From: Octopus vulgaris
Lineage: Eukaryota
Assembly: GCA_951406725.2 (NCBI GenBank)
Contig: OX597832.1
Location: forward strand, 1,984,001-2,048,000
DNA length: 64,000 bases
Direction: 5' to 3'
A program made the position numbers and the translations under genes. Of the stretch, positions 12,307 through 26,199 are shown in pieces. The notes below the pieces were generated by a model. It saw nothing but the letters and a program-made list of their open reading frames with translations. It made no database searches and was not told the DNA's origin. How positions within the stretch are numbered: the stretch's first letter is position 1; each line of letters opens with the position of its first letter.

Positions 12307-13868
12307 AGAGGAAGATGAATAGCTGTGTGTCACTCTTTATTATTGTTTATATGGTTCAAGTGTGTTATTATTCTTCGTTAATATGCTCGTACACGCTCAA
12401 ACCAATCAACCTTTTGCCTTAGATAGGCATATTTATATATTTTTGGTGCAAAATAATGCTTTTGCCAAAAGCATTGGCCACGACAATAGTAATACGTTTA
12501 TTATTATAACATCTGTAACTATATCACTTATTCTTAAACACATCTTTCTTCCTTAAAACTGATATGACAAAATCTTTTTTTAACATGCTGTAATAAAAAG
12601 ACTATGGAATAGAACTGACACAGGTTTCCCCAACATTGACAAGTACAGTTATTTAACTAACAATGCTTGTTACATTGATTTTGTTTTACATTTCGGTTGG
12701 GTAATTTGAATGATTGCTCATGATCGGGAGGAATAACCGAAAATGATGCATTCTTGCAGTGTTGATTTACGATAAAGATTTCCTAAGACTTAGATTAACT
12801 TCGGTCTTTCTAACAAGGATTATCACTAGAAAATCCATTCAAATTTGGGATTGGATTTTCATTAACAGCTATAAGCCTCCGATAATCAAATAACGATATT
12901 TGAATTAACCAACCTTTCATCAATCTAATTTATTCTCATGACATGCTTTAAGTTTGAATATTCTTTCAAAATTGACCAGTATTTGAAAATCCGATAAAAA
13001 AAAAATACCTTCTTTTATTATATGCAGTGTGAATTTTCCTGGTATAAGAAGTAAAATTACTTCTGAAAAAATACAGATGTAACTGAATCATCTCTCTGTT
13101 TCACAATAAGATATTTTGAAAAAAATATTGAATGATATATAGTGAAGGAATATTTGATAAGTTTACATGTTTGAGCGTGCACGAGCATATTAACGAAGAA
13201 TAATAACACACTTGAACCATATAAACATTTGTATCAGTGCAATAGTATTGTAATAATATTCAGTTGATAAGTTTACATGGTTGGAAATTTCATGTTTTGT
13301 TGTACCTCCTTTAATAAATTGCATTTTTTCACCCAACTTATGAATTAGAAATAGCAGCCAGATCACCTTCAAATCACACCCTACCTCCTTTAGAAGGAAA
13401 GGCTGCATTTAATAATAGTCTTAGATACAATATGTTTGAAGAAAAGATGATGTTGGCATTGCTAGAACGTGTTTAATCACGGAGTTTCTTCAATCAAATC
13501 TAACGTGCTGGTAAAGAATAACTTTTTTTTAAATGCTTAAGATGTTAAACGTACTGAGAATGTTCGTATTTGAAAATAACTTACTAAACTTCAACGCAAT
13601 AAACGTTTTGAAGTTACATCCCTTATTTTTAGTTAGTTCTGTTCCTTGTAGGGCTGATTAAATAAGTATTAGGCAATTGGAAACGGTTTCATAGATCATG
13701 CCTTTCCGTGCAATGTGTGACATTTTGTCAAGTTAGAAATCAATATTCAGTTTTCCGTAAATTTTTTTATCTACTTTGAGACATGAATGAATGACCTCAA
13801 ACTTAAACCTGAACAGTCAATGCTCTGTTATACCAATCACCTGATTTATTATATACCTGACTGTATAA

Positions 13869-14404
13869 TACGAAAAATGAAATAGAGAGTTTCTAATCTC
13901 TGAACATTTGCCTCTAACACAGGATTAGATTGATAAATTTATGGAAGGTGAAAAATGAGAGTTATGATTATTGCGTTGAAGCTTATTTTTCAAATATGAA
14001 CATTCTCATTATATATGATATCTTATACATTTTAAAAGAAAGTGTTAATGAATAGTTTGGGAAAGCAGAAACAAGGATGTCTTCACGAAGTATTTAGTTC
14101 TGTTCTAGATTCTGAGCTCATCTCGTTTCACCCCGCCAAAGCGAAAATATTTAGTAGCAAAACTCGTTGTGTTCATAAAGTCAGATATCCATATTTATCG
14201 ATGATAACCATGATACGGAAGTAATTCTTTCAGGTAGAGAATATGCTCTGGTTTCGGTTTTCGCAAACATGCATTTCTCTTCCTTATCTTAGGAAAGTCA
14301 TGATATCATTACTCTCACTTTTCACCTTCCACAAATTTATCAATCAAATCCTGTATTAGAAATAAATGTTCAAAGATTAGAAACCTTCTATTTCATTTAT
14401 CGTA
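13869..14404. mobile_element. MITE with ~100-bp terminal inverted repeats, TA-flanked (Tc1/mariner type)
   Basis: tacgaaaaatgaaatag...gagagttatgat (13869-13968) matches, with scattered mismatches, the reverse complement of atcattactctc...catttatcgta (14305-14404). Confidence 0.8.
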
Positions 14405-15249
14405 TAATGTATATTTTATGAGATATCGATAAAATAAGGGGAAACAACATTGCGACAGTTCGCGTGCAATCACTTTCTAATTTCAGTTGAAACTAATTTC
14501 GTTTCCTTTCATTTAATTTGAAAAAAATTTCTCAGAATCTTATCCCCATTTCCGATAAAAATAAAGATTGTGATCTACGTCTTGCATACAAAGGTTTAAT
14601 TTTAGAAAGTTCTAAATAATGAATATAATTTTAAAATGTTAAGATATAGAATTCTAATGTTCAATTATTAACTTCCCTTGAATAAATAATTTCGCTAATG
14701 ATGCACTTGAAACTGTTGGAATAATGAGCGTATAATCTGTGAGTTTTGGATCGCGTCACAATGCTACTATTCACGATTTATTGAAACTTTCCAACTTGGT
14801 TCCTAGTATGATTAAAGAGAAAGTCAAGTATTATCCTTTTTCTAAAAAAGTAATCAGGTATTAGAACCATCATACTGGAGAGTTTTTCTCGTGTTATACA
14901 AAACAGTCCCAACGTATACGATCTTAAGTGATAGATATTCAAACCTATATTTTTCATTTGGTCGGCTACTTTCCCATAATAGGCTTTACTAATAGCTACA
15001 ATATACTCAAGCTTTCAGTTGTATTATTCATTTCTCTTGCAGGTTGTGCTAATGTTTAAAGAAATCGAACCCAGTACGATTATAAACATATTAGCTGAAT
15101 TGCTTCTCTCTTATAAAACTCAGTTTCTTTATCAAATTCTATCTGTCTACATTCCCAATGAGAATGCTATTAAGTTAGAATCGATAATTTTGGTGTACTG
15201 CTTTATAAAAAAATGTTATCTTGTATTACTTCAAAAGACCGTTTAATCT

Positions 15250-15600
15250 ACCAATTTCTTTCAGTCTTTGACACTGATTAACTCCCAATTCTCCTGCTGG
15301 GGATTGACAGTTAATCAATATTGAGTATTTTCAACTTAAGCCAAGATCAAAAAACCCTGAGAGACTAATGGCAACGACTCAGAACTCGGAAATCAATGTA
15401 ATACCGATATAATAAGTTAGGGAATATTCTAACAAGCTTTTCTCTGTTAAAGTTGAAACATCAAAATCTTCCAATGTCTTGTAATAAAAGGTTCATAAAT
15501 TCTTTCAACGAGCCGCTTAAATAAATTTTTTAAAGATCTGTTTTCAGAAATGCCACAGACTTATTTCTTGCTAAATGAGGGAGTGTAAGATCAGAAGCCT
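15250..15600 (-). pseudogene. Possible hAT transposase C-terminal relic
   Basis: IFPNLL...WLKLK resembles the hAT dimerization-domain pattern; highly decayed; a similar TFPNL relic lies at ~22200-22400 (-). Confidence 0.25.
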
Positions 15601-15879
15601 TAAAATAACTGAATTTGAGCTATTAAATAGAAATAGTAACACTAAAACAAAAAAAAATCTTTGTGACGAATTTGCCTTCCACTTTTCTATTTTAGTTTTC
15701 TTCTATTGTTTGTAGAGCGCGAAGACAAAGGTTGAAATAAAATAGTTGTCCAGCTAAGAAAAAAAGATGAGTTATAGCCATAATCCAAACATTTAGAAAT
15801 GTTTACTCTATCATATCTAATCTCGATTATAAAACAAATAATAGCAGTTTCGTTGGGGTATATTTCGATTCAGACTACA

Positions 15880-16620
15880 AAACAGTCATTATGTACAAAA
15901 TAGATGAGAGAGAATTGGACGTGTGATCTGAAAAGGCTCTGATAAGAGGCCACTTACACTGACCAGCAAGCAGATGCAACCTGATACTGGAGCGATACAA
16001 CACTCAAAACGGGACAGAAACCGGCTGCCTTCTCGACAGCCATTAAATGATAATGATTGACCCAATCGAAAACTTTTCAAGGATTTGAATTGGACTCAAC
16101 CACATGAGATGGAGATTATCGTGGATAGATCGGGCCGGGATTGTGCACTTCAGTGCATTCCCGGCGATATTCTCGATGTCAAGCACCAGTCTCATTGCTA
16201 TCTCTTTGGCCAAAATCCTAAACTCTGCATTCAGCAGATCAATGACATACCACTTGTTTGAACCTGTCTTCATAAGTGCTACTACTCTCCTACTCTACTC
16301 ACAGAACAGGAGATACGCCCATCCTGCAGCCAGTTGCCGTAGACGTTTTTTCATGACGTGGGAGAACTAGTTTGGCATATATGTGATCTGTGTCGCGCAC
16401 AACCACGTATTGTCATCCGTTTTTCAGTTGCCTTTCCGTAACATTCTGCACTTTCTGCTGAAAGTTACGATATTCCATCGAGGTCGGCACTAAAATCTAC
16501 CACCACCTCCGTCTCCTAGCCTCTACGTTCTTCGAACGGTTGGGTTAAATACCACATCTACTTGGAATTGAGCAGCATGTGTCCGTTACGGTTCGTACTT
16601 TACTACATTTTTTTATTCAC
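15880..16620 (-). mobile_element. Tx1/L1-like LINE RT fragment
   Basis: LLNAEFRILAKEIAMRL...IPARSIHDNLHLM; homologous to 53032-53325. Confidence 0.75.
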
Positions 16621-17332
16621 ACATATGTAAGCATCCAGATGTCTTGTACATCCTATTGTATGAAATGGTTTATGTTTATATGTTAGGTCCATGTTGCATG
16701 TAGTTGTAGTAGTAGAGACAGCAGCAGCTTGAATTGCTTTGCTTGGGTAAGTTCAATCTGATATAGTTGGTGACGAGAGAAAAATGCTAGAAAGCAACAA
16801 TATGTCTATCACTCCGTTAGTATCTTGTATCAGGCGAATACTATAATTAATGATATATAATTATCATTTCCCTCTAGACGAACAATTAGTACCTATTTAA
16901 CAAGATGCTCAACAATATTCCGTTCCTTTGATGAAATATATGTATACATAAGAAAACTTTACTATAATTAAATTGCTATAAACACTTAATTACTGAAAAA
17001 AATGGTGAAAAGAATGCTAACGAATTCGCAAATTGTAAATAACATTGTTTTACAGAAGACATATAACATGCGCAATGGAAAATGGAGAAGAGGGAAATGA
17101 AATAAGCTGTTACTAATTATATTTCTATACAAAAGAAATCGTCTTTTTTACTATTGTTACCTCTTTATTTTGTGGAAAACATTTTGTTTGAAAGCGAAAC
17201 GGCACTTAGTTTTTGCAAGCTACAAATCAAGGGTGTATACAGTTTTACAAAACTTTCATAAAGTTGTTGTTTCCTCATCACTTCTGTCATTGGATTATTA
17301 ACATCATTCAAACACAGTTCTATGATTCCGCG

Positions 17333-17680
17333 TGTATGTGTATGTATGGAAATGTGTGTGTGTGTGTGTGTGTGTTTCTGTGTGTCTGTGTGTGTGCCTG
17401 TGTCTGTGTGTGCGTGCGTGCTGTGTTTGTGCATGTATGTATGTATGTATAAAAGTTTGAGTTTACTGCAAAGTTTGATAAATCGTTGCAGAACTGAACC
17501 AATACAATATTCACGGGATTAAATCATCATTTTCCACATATAAGTTCCTGCTGTATCAATTTAATGTAGTGTAGGAATAAAGATCATCATCGAACTCATT
17601 ATTGCTGTTGTTGTTATCATCACCATCGTCGTCGTCGTTGATGTTGTTTGCTTACACAGACGTGTTTCTTCTCTCTCTCT

Positions 17681-17734
<54 letters not shown>

Positions 17735-17744
17735 CTCTCTCTCT

Positions 17745-17778
<34 letters not shown>

Positions 17779-17800
17779 CTATATATCTCTCTCTTTCTCT
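17333..17800. repeat. (TG)n and (TATC)n/(TC)n microsatellites
   Basis: direct. Confidence 0.9.
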
Positions 17801-18135
17801 CTCTTGCTCTTGGTATTTGGATTGCAAAGGTTTCCAAGATTCTTTGTGCTGAGTTCGGACTTCTTGTTTTATGTCATGTAAAAGAATTTACGAGGCAACT
17901 TCGTTTTATTTCATTGACGGTCACTTAAAGAACACCTTTTTTGAACATCTTGCTCTACTTCATTTGTAATGGCATCGTCAACGGCTTAACAAGCAAGGAT
18001 CGCCAACCAATCGCACCATCATTTACAGCACCGATGAAGAGCAAAATCGCCACCTCGTCCTTGTTCCAGTAACAAACAATTTCAGGGAATCTTCTGTCAG
18101 TCTGAAGTTGACAGAGGAAGTTACACCCTGTTTCA

Positions 18136-18528
18136 TGTCAGAGGCAGACAATGCTGAGGTCCCCATCCTAACAACTCAACTCCCATCCTAGTGTGAGTAT
18201 TGGGATCAAATACAGTCCGGGGTGGAATGAAAGACAGGAGAGAAAAAGGAAAGACTAAAACAGTTATCTCAGCAAACTTCCAGAAAGCTGGAAGAAAAGC
18301 CCAAATTTTGACTCGAATTGATATTAAAGATCCCCGAGAAATATACAATGTGAGTGAGCCGAAACGTGGAACTCCGACTCGACCTAACGAGTGAGTAGCC
18401 TTAATTTTTTATTATATTTTGTTTTAATTATTGTGTGTGTTTAATATTTGTTACTTAATGTTTGGTTTTATCAAATTTTAAACCTGTCTACTGTATATAG
18501 CGTCTTTACCCCTCTCCTCGTCTTTACA
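18136..18528. mobile_element. Possible solo LTR
   Basis: TGTCAGAGG...GTCTTTACA termini ~390 bp apart; no TSD seen. Confidence 0.25.
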
Positions 18529-18664
18529 TAACTTTGTACAATTCTACATGTATTATAAATCCCATATCTTTTTTAAGTTTCTACATGCCATTAAGAAATT
18601 ATTATTATTGTTGCTGTTGTTGTTGTTACTATTATTATTATTTTACTTTTAATCTGCATATTTG

Positions 18665-19924
18665 TTAGTCACATCCTGAGACACACCCTGTGTCCTGAGG
18701 CGAGTGAAGGATAAGAGATGTTATAGTATGACTGAAAGCTTAGGGAGGGGAAGTAGTTCAATATCTTCAAGTAATACAACACAGACATTTAAATGGGTAC
18801 GGTTTTTCTAAGGATGTGGGCAGTACTTCTCGGTACAATCTTTTGGATTTATCTGCGACATGGTTCTCCTGAGATCTTAACTAGATGTTTCTGACATCCC
18901 TTTTTCATCATATTTGTTACAGTAACTTGCCGTGACATACCTAGTGTCCTGGGACGAGTGAAGGATAAATGATGTTACAGTATGACTAAAAGCTTGGGAG
19001 GAAAAGTAGAGAAATATCTTCATCTAATACAGCACAGGCATTTAAATAGATAGGGTGTTTCTAAGGATGTGGGCGGTACTTGTTAGTACAATCGTTTGTA
19101 TTTCTCTGAGACATGGTTCTACTGGGAGCTTATCAAGATGTTTCTGACATCCCATTTTTTTTGTCATACCTAGGGCACCTATAATAACAGGAACAGTTTT
19201 CGTTTTAAGATGCCACATATTTTGTATTTCAGTTTCCAGGTCCTTATATTAACTTAGTTTGTCAAATTCCTTGACAGATATATTTTTTATCAGTGGGAAC
19301 ACTTACATCTACCAGTCCACAAGTATTTTCTTCTCGTCTTTAATAATTATGTCTGGTCAATTAGCCTGGATTGTTCTGTCTGTGTTGACTGGAAAATCCC
19401 AGAGGATAGTGACATTTCTAACTTCAACGACTGGCTCAGGATGATGTTCATACCAGTAAGCAGGAGTGCTGATTTTACAGTGTTTATATATTTTCCAATG
19501 TAAGTACTGTCTTGGCGAATTTTGTATTCGTTTGGTAAAGGAAGCTATTGGGATGGTCTATTGTTTCGTCAAATGTGTCACAGAATCTGCATTTAGGGTC
19601 AGAACCGTTTTAAAGAATGTTAGCCCGGTAGTTTTTTGTAAGTTTTGACCTTGTGCCGCCAATATAAAACCTTCAGTCTCTCCATTCAGTCCTGAACTTC
19701 TCAGCCACTGATGGGTTATTGCTTGATCTACATCAGCATTCCGACTTTGAAGTATATACTGTCCATGCAGAGGTTTCTAGCTCACCGCTCCTCAATGTTT
19801 TTGCCCGTTCTTTTTTGCAGTCTGCTTGATTTATTTTGCTTGTTTTGCGACAGTAGTTTCAAGTGCTTCAAATATTTCAGAGTTAATGCCAAGTTCCCTT
19901 GCGAATTTGCCAGCTTCCTTTACA

Positions 19925-19925
<1 letters not shown>
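18665..19925 (-). mobile_element. R4/Dong-type LINE 3' part, with its last ~250 bp tandemly duplicated
   Basis: ETEGFILAAQ and LVDVSVPTDK motifs; 18670-18915 matches 18930-19170; (TTA)n tracts at or near both ends. Confidence 0.8.
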
Positions 19926-19977
<52 letters not shown>

Positions 19978-19978
<1 letters not shown>

Positions 19979-20460
19979 GTCTTTACATAGCTTCTAACGC
20001 TGAATATGTACTACGGTGTCGGCCGTTCACTACCAATGAACTAAGGTAATACCCCTTATTTTTCGAGTACCAACCAGAGTATTCGAGCGGTTCCAAACAG
20101 TGCTGTTTTCTGCAAATGCTCCGCCCTTATTGCAGCTCCTATTTGTTCCATGTACTTCTCAAGATTTTTACTCACTGTTCCCAAGGCTCCGACAATCATT
20201 GGTACTACTGCCACATTTTTCAGCCACCACAACTGCTTGACTTCCCAAGCTATCCTGTTGTATCTGTCGACCTTTCTTTCTTCTTTATCACATACCTTGT
20301 TGTCAGCTGGGCAAGCTATATCTATGATCCAGCATCGTTTGCTTTCTATTCTCTATCTGGCTTCCTATTCTCTATATCATGCTCGCACTGAATCATAAGA
20401 TCCCATATGATCTTTGCATTATTGATGATGCCTTCGGGTTTATGCTTGTACTACCTTTTT
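19978..20460 (-). mobile_element. R4/Dong-type LINE 3' fragment (different subfamily)
   Basis: KVDRY..WEVKQLWWLKNVAVVPMIVGALGTV..LQKTALFGTARIL; 3' end abuts (TAA)n. Confidence 0.82.
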
Positions 20461-20579
20461 GCTCTATCAAGTCCATACTTGTTGGAAGTGATATGCTCAA
20501 CTGGTTAAGGTCAAGCAACTGTATTATTATTATTATTGTTGTTGTTGTTGTTTTTGTTGTTGTTGTTCCTCCTCCGTAA

Positions 20580-21036
20580 CACAGTGTAGGTAAAAATGCA
20601 TGGGAATCTTTAGTCATCTGTGAAGTCACAAGGACCTCAGACAGATAATACTTTCCTTAAGATGTGCGCTGTACCCAATAAGGCTGCTTTTTGCAAGACA
20701 TCAATCTTGCATGGGATTTCCAGTTACCTTAAGAAGTCTTGAAGTTTCAATGGGGTTGAGCCCAACGCTCTGATCACCACTGGTTTCACTTTTACATTAT
20801 CCTCTCGCATTCCGTTCAGTCTTGCCATTGGTGATTTTCCCAACCTCTTTACTCACAACATTCCTGTCATTTGGTATGGCTACATCAATGATCCGACAGT
20901 ATTTGTCTCTCTTATTTGATATGCCAATATCTGGCCGACGATGTTCGATAACACGATCTGTCTGAAAATCATAGTCCCAGAGTATCGTTATTTTTCCATC
21001 CTCCTGCATAACTTTACTTGGTACATGCTCATACCA

Positions 21037-21040
<4 letters not shown>
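20580..21040 (-). mobile_element. R4/Dong-type LINE 3' fragment (third subfamily)
   Basis: ILWDYDFQTDRVIEHRRPDI..IIDVAIP (RLE PD..D), LQKAALLGTAHILRKVL; flanked by TAA/CAA repeats. Confidence 0.85.
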
Positions 21041-21115
<75 letters not shown>

Positions 21116-21132
21116 CATTATTATTATTATTG

Positions 21133-21680
21133 CGGTGAGCTGGTAGGATCGTTACTAGCTGGCAGGTCGATGAAATAAGTACTAATCAAATACTTAGGTC
21201 TAACCGCTTCCTTCAAAATTTCAGGTTTTGTGTCTATAACAGAAATGATTGTCATTATAATTATTAAAACATCGATCTGGGAGAATCGTTAGAGTGTCGG
21301 GCAAAATTCTTAGCAGTATCTCTTTCGGCTTTACGTTCTGACTTCAAATTCCACCCCGGTCGACTTTGCCTTTCATCCTTTTGGGGTCGATGAAATAAGT
21401 TCCAGTTGAGCAACTTGCTGACTTTCAATACTATGAAGGTTTATTTTGACTTGCATCTTTCTGGGATCGATATAAATAACCAATCAGGTACTTGGGCACC
21501 TTTCTTTCTGGCCATGTAATTATGTGAGAAATCTATTAGAACTGGTGATGTCAGAAACGATAGACCAGTGGACAAATTGCTTGGCAGTATTTAAGTATAT
21601 CGCTTAAATACTGCTACTACTGTATATATTCCTTTGTGTTTTGGGCTGCAAATACCGTCGGGTTTGACATTGATTATTTT
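21133..21680 (+). mobile_element. Cluster of degraded SINE1 copies
   Basis: repeated gagctgg..atcgtta, ttcaaattcc and gactttgcctttcatcc motifs. Confidence 0.7.
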
Positions 21681-22715
21681 TCTTCTTCTCCTTGAGAAAA
21701 TTGTTTTCAAAAGTGATGAGTTTCAAATAAAAATTGACTCTACATCACTTGATAGTCGAGAAATATTGAAGCTCACATTTTTATTTTGTACTAAATCAAT
21801 AAAATATATGTACTATACTATATTAAAAATCGAACGCTATTTGTATAGGATTCTAAAGTTTTATAAGTATGCAAAAATAGAGTACAAGTATGATCTATGG
21901 AGGATACATGCAGTATAATTTGGATACATCTGTAACAGTTTATAATCTAATGTAACAGTTTATAATCTACCTGAAAACAACAAAATGATGAGCCTCAATA
22001 GAAATTGACTCAATAGAAATAGCAACCAAATCTCTTTTGTGCAACACTACTGTCTTTTAAAAAGAAGAACACTTTGACTAATGCAATTCAAAATACACAA
22101 TGTGTGAATAAAATATAGCACATTCAATGAAGAAACATTTTGATCTTTGTCAGATCAGTGCTAACCTACGAGTAGACTGGAAAAACAGTACCCTACAATA
22201 CTTCCACATGAGCTCTTACACTTCAATGACAGTTGCTAGAAAAGTGACTGTACAAAATAGATTTCTTTTTTGTGCAGTAGAAAAATATCTCTACTTAAAC
22301 ACTACAAAGTTGTAAATACACAGTAACTAAAGCGTAAATTAGGAAATGTCTGTTCTAATATGTCTGGCTCTAGTGAGACAAAAAGGTTTTTCTCCAAAAC
22401 TGTGACTTATGATGCTATCTGCTATTGCTATTGATTTCACATTTCACATTAATATTTTTCTGATATTTTCAAAGATATTTCTTCTACAAAAGCCCTTTCG
22501 AATGAAGTAATTGAAACCTTTGGAAGCTCCAAACTTAATATCAAAAATGTTGCATCAGGGAAAAGAAAACTTTTCCTTTCGTTGAGAAAATAATTCAATC
22601 GCACTTCAATGGCGTCTTTCTTTCGAAACAAAACAGAATAGAAAGTCATGATTCAGCATTAGCTCAGAAAACAAATAAAGAAAATATCGGTGAAACTGGA
22701 TGATTATATCCACTA

Positions 22716-22758
<43 letters not shown>

Positions 22759-23086
22759 ACTAAAGAAAACTCTTTTGGTGTTAACAAATGATATTGACTT
22801 GAGGAAAACAGTTTTCTTTTACAAGAAAAATCAATGTTAATTGTTTCAGTGTGCGAATAAAAAGTTTTACAACGGATAGCGTGTAAACATTTTACTTGCG
22901 AATAAAAAGAACGAGTTTTTCTGAAAACTGAAAAAGACGCACAGAAACGTTCTAGTCTATCTTTTCCCATTATTTTATTGTTTATTTTATACACCTTCAA
23001 CATTTATATTTACAATATTTTTTTTTATACTTGGGTACGATTGTTTTATATATGCCTTGGTTTTTGTAGATAGCCGTATTGATTAT

Positions 23087-23745
23087 ACGAGGTACGTCGA
23101 AAAAAATATGCGACCCCTGGAAAATTTTGTACATTTCACAAATTTTATTTATTCACCTTCAACAAACTCCCTTTGGAAGTTCACATACATCTCCCCAACG
23201 AGTATACCACTGCTGGTAACACCTCTGGAGTGCCTTCTGTGAAATGCTATGGAGCTCCACCGTCGCTTTTCTCATAATTTCATCTCACGATTCAAATCGC
23301 TTCCCTTTCAGCGTGGTTTTCTGTTTGTAAAAAGGCCAGAAGTCACACGGCGCCAAGTCGGGAGAATAGGGAGCCTGTCGAACAAGTGGCGCGTTGTTCT
23401 TGACCAAGAAAGCTTGGATTAATTGATGCGTTCAAAAAAGTATCCGACTTTATTTTTTGCAGACACTCCCTGCAAGCACAAATCCTCTGTTAAAATGGAT
23501 GGAACTGATCTTCTGCTTATTCCCACTTTATGAGTAATTTTCTGAACCGTTACATGACGTTCTTCCATGATTATTCGCCGAACATTCTCAATCAGCACCT
23601 CATTTCGGCTTGTAGATGGTCTACCTGAGCGTGCCTTGCTCTCCACTGAGATGCGGCCTTGTTTGAGCGGTTTTGCCACCCTTTGATCCGCTAAAAGGCT
23701 TGCTGAATCTTCTGGATGGTTTGAGCTTGAGTATCTCTAAGCTTT
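23087..23745 (-). mobile_element. Mariner transposon relics (two juxtaposed pieces)
   Basis: HTH region GRISVESKARSGRPSTS...GISRRSV..ILTEDL..VSAK; C-terminal APYSPDLAPCDFW; TIR-like ends near 23087 (tacgagg) and 23430-23457. Confidence 0.85.
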
Positions 23746-23764
23746 TGGCAAAAAATAACTCATT

Positions 23765-23860
23765 TTTGTCCACTGAATGAACTGGACACAACGCGCCGCC
23801 GGGAATCGAACTCACGACTTTACAATAGTGAGCCGAATACCCTAACCACTAAGTCGCATT
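23765..23860 (-). mobile_element. tRNA-like SINE head fragment
   Basis: (-) cttagtggttaggg...gagttcgattccc A/B boxes. Confidence 0.65.
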
Positions 23861-25351
23861 CTTTTACAAGTAAGAATATACAGAGGCCATAAATACATTT
23901 CATTTTTCACCTTTTACACGAACTAGACAAATTTAGACCAATTTTAAGTTCCGTCTGTCTGTATTATACCTTCCTCGCTAATATTTTGAAACAGTTAATT
24001 TTTGCGTCTCATGTGGTAAAATGAATCCATGAAGTTTAATCTATCATTTAATTCCTAATTACGGTTTAAGGCTATTAAAGACTACTTATTCCGCTAACGC
24101 TCTTGTGAAAGTTATGTCATGTTCCTTGCGGTTGTATACCTAGAAAACAAATAAAACCTTTTGTAATTGTCATGGATTATAGCTCATAGTTAGAGTGTCT
24201 GAAAACTTCTAGGATCGTATGCTCGATTATCATTTACTTATTTTTTAAAAAAACATCAAATAACTTCACCATTTGTCTTGAAACAGTTATTACATATATT
24301 AGCATGACTAAGAGCCGCAGTCGTCCGTGTCAATGGCTCATATTGGGTCACTGGTACTTCTCAGGGTCCGTATTCAACATACATAACTCTGAAATTGATC
24401 AGTCTACCTAGTTATAAATAGGAATATTAAGTAGTGTAAGTTACTAGTACATGCAACATAAGCATTATATAACATATTTCATTAGCTTCTGGTATTGAAA
24501 CTAAATTCTGCAATGAGTTTCATATGCGAAAAGTAAGCTCGAAGGCACATTTTTTCTTTACTATCTAAGAGGTCATGGAAATCATGTACAAAGGAAATTT
24601 TCCACGAAGATTAGTACACATTTCCTTCATTTTTCCCCCTTTTGGGGGAGGTATGTGGGGCAGAATGAATGAACAGAATTTCGTTATCAAAAAATATGGT
24701 TACTAGTATATTTGTGTTGAATTCATAAAAAGATAAAGTAAGCCTTTCAGAAATAAATGTCACTATACAGCAACTGAACATTGAACGGTTGCTTTCTCTT
24801 GTAATGTAGAGTGTCTCAGTCATTATATTCTTCCACTCTCTATAGAGTATTGTAATATTATCTACAATAAAAGGAATATGTGATATATGCCATCAGTTTT
24901 GTGTCTGAATGTTGCATGTGTTGGTTTCATGAGATGCTTAGCATTCAACACAAGCGCCTACTGTACTAGACCCTATAAACAAGTCATTAAAATATTTATT
25001 GCTTTCTTGTTGTTAAAAATTAACTGAAATGCGAGGACCCATTATATGGTTCATTAGATGCAGCAAATATCCTTTTTGATGGCTATTTGTTGAATGAATC
25101 ACTGTCGGTCATATTTCTTGACAATTGAAGGTGAGATTCTCTTTGCAATCTTTCATAATGAGAGCAAAACTGTGTGAATGAATCATTTCTGCCTTGGCTA
25201 AGAATCAATTTGCAATAAAATTATGCTTTTGTATGTTTTCTTATTCTTCGCATAATTCTTTCAATTGTGTCAATGTTATGGGGGAAATATCAGCATGAAA
25301 AAATATTATTTTATGAGCAAATTATTATTAAAAGGAAAGGTAAGCAAAAAC

Positions 25352-25421
<70 letters not shown>

Positions 25422-26199
25422 TTCCCTCTATCATAATTGATTAAAACTGAAAATAGAAACTGGAGCTGTTTCAATGTGAATTTAGAATTAATGATCTGTT
25501 ATCAAATAAATACATGCTCGATATTTTTATGATTATTTCGGTTAATAATACGAATACTTAAAATATGCGTGACATCCAAATTAAATATACTGCTGTTATA
25601 TATAGAATGTCGCAAGCGTATCAGCAGTATTGGCCTAATGATTTTTTTTTAATGGAATGCATAGGTGTGATATTTGATTAGTAAAGCCGATGACATAGTT
25701 TCGATTGCCACGCGGAATAGTTTCTCTGAGAGATATCAGCTCTGCGACTTCCAGTTTTTACTCTTCTGCACAAAATTCTAGAGCTGTAGTTTTCTGTAGA
25801 AATAACATCAATAATTCAAGCAACTGATGTTGAAAATAGAAGCAAGCTCCTGGCAAAGAGACTCTAAAATACAGTTAATTACTGTTTTAATACAGCTTCG
25901 ATTCTGATTTGAATTTTTGTTTTACTTCAGTTTTACTTGAAATCCATCTGAGAAATGTATGAACGTCAAAGCAACTCACTTGCCTAAGTTAGCAGATACT
26001 GCTCTTCGTGCACATTTGTGTGTAAGTTTCAGTGATAAATAGATGAAAACCAAAATTATAATAACATTTGATAATTTTCAGAATTCGAAGATGATGACTT
26101 TTCGTCTCAGAGGTTTGTGCATGTTGGAAATTTACGATGGCCTCAAAAGCTGTTTCCTTCCGTTACGGATTTCATGTGTCATTCTTGTGATAAATTACC

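Noticed and set aside
15019-15246. Host exon after the tttctcttgcag acceptor-like site
   Set aside because: No recognisable protein similarity or matching exon chain; cannot be supported without RNA data.
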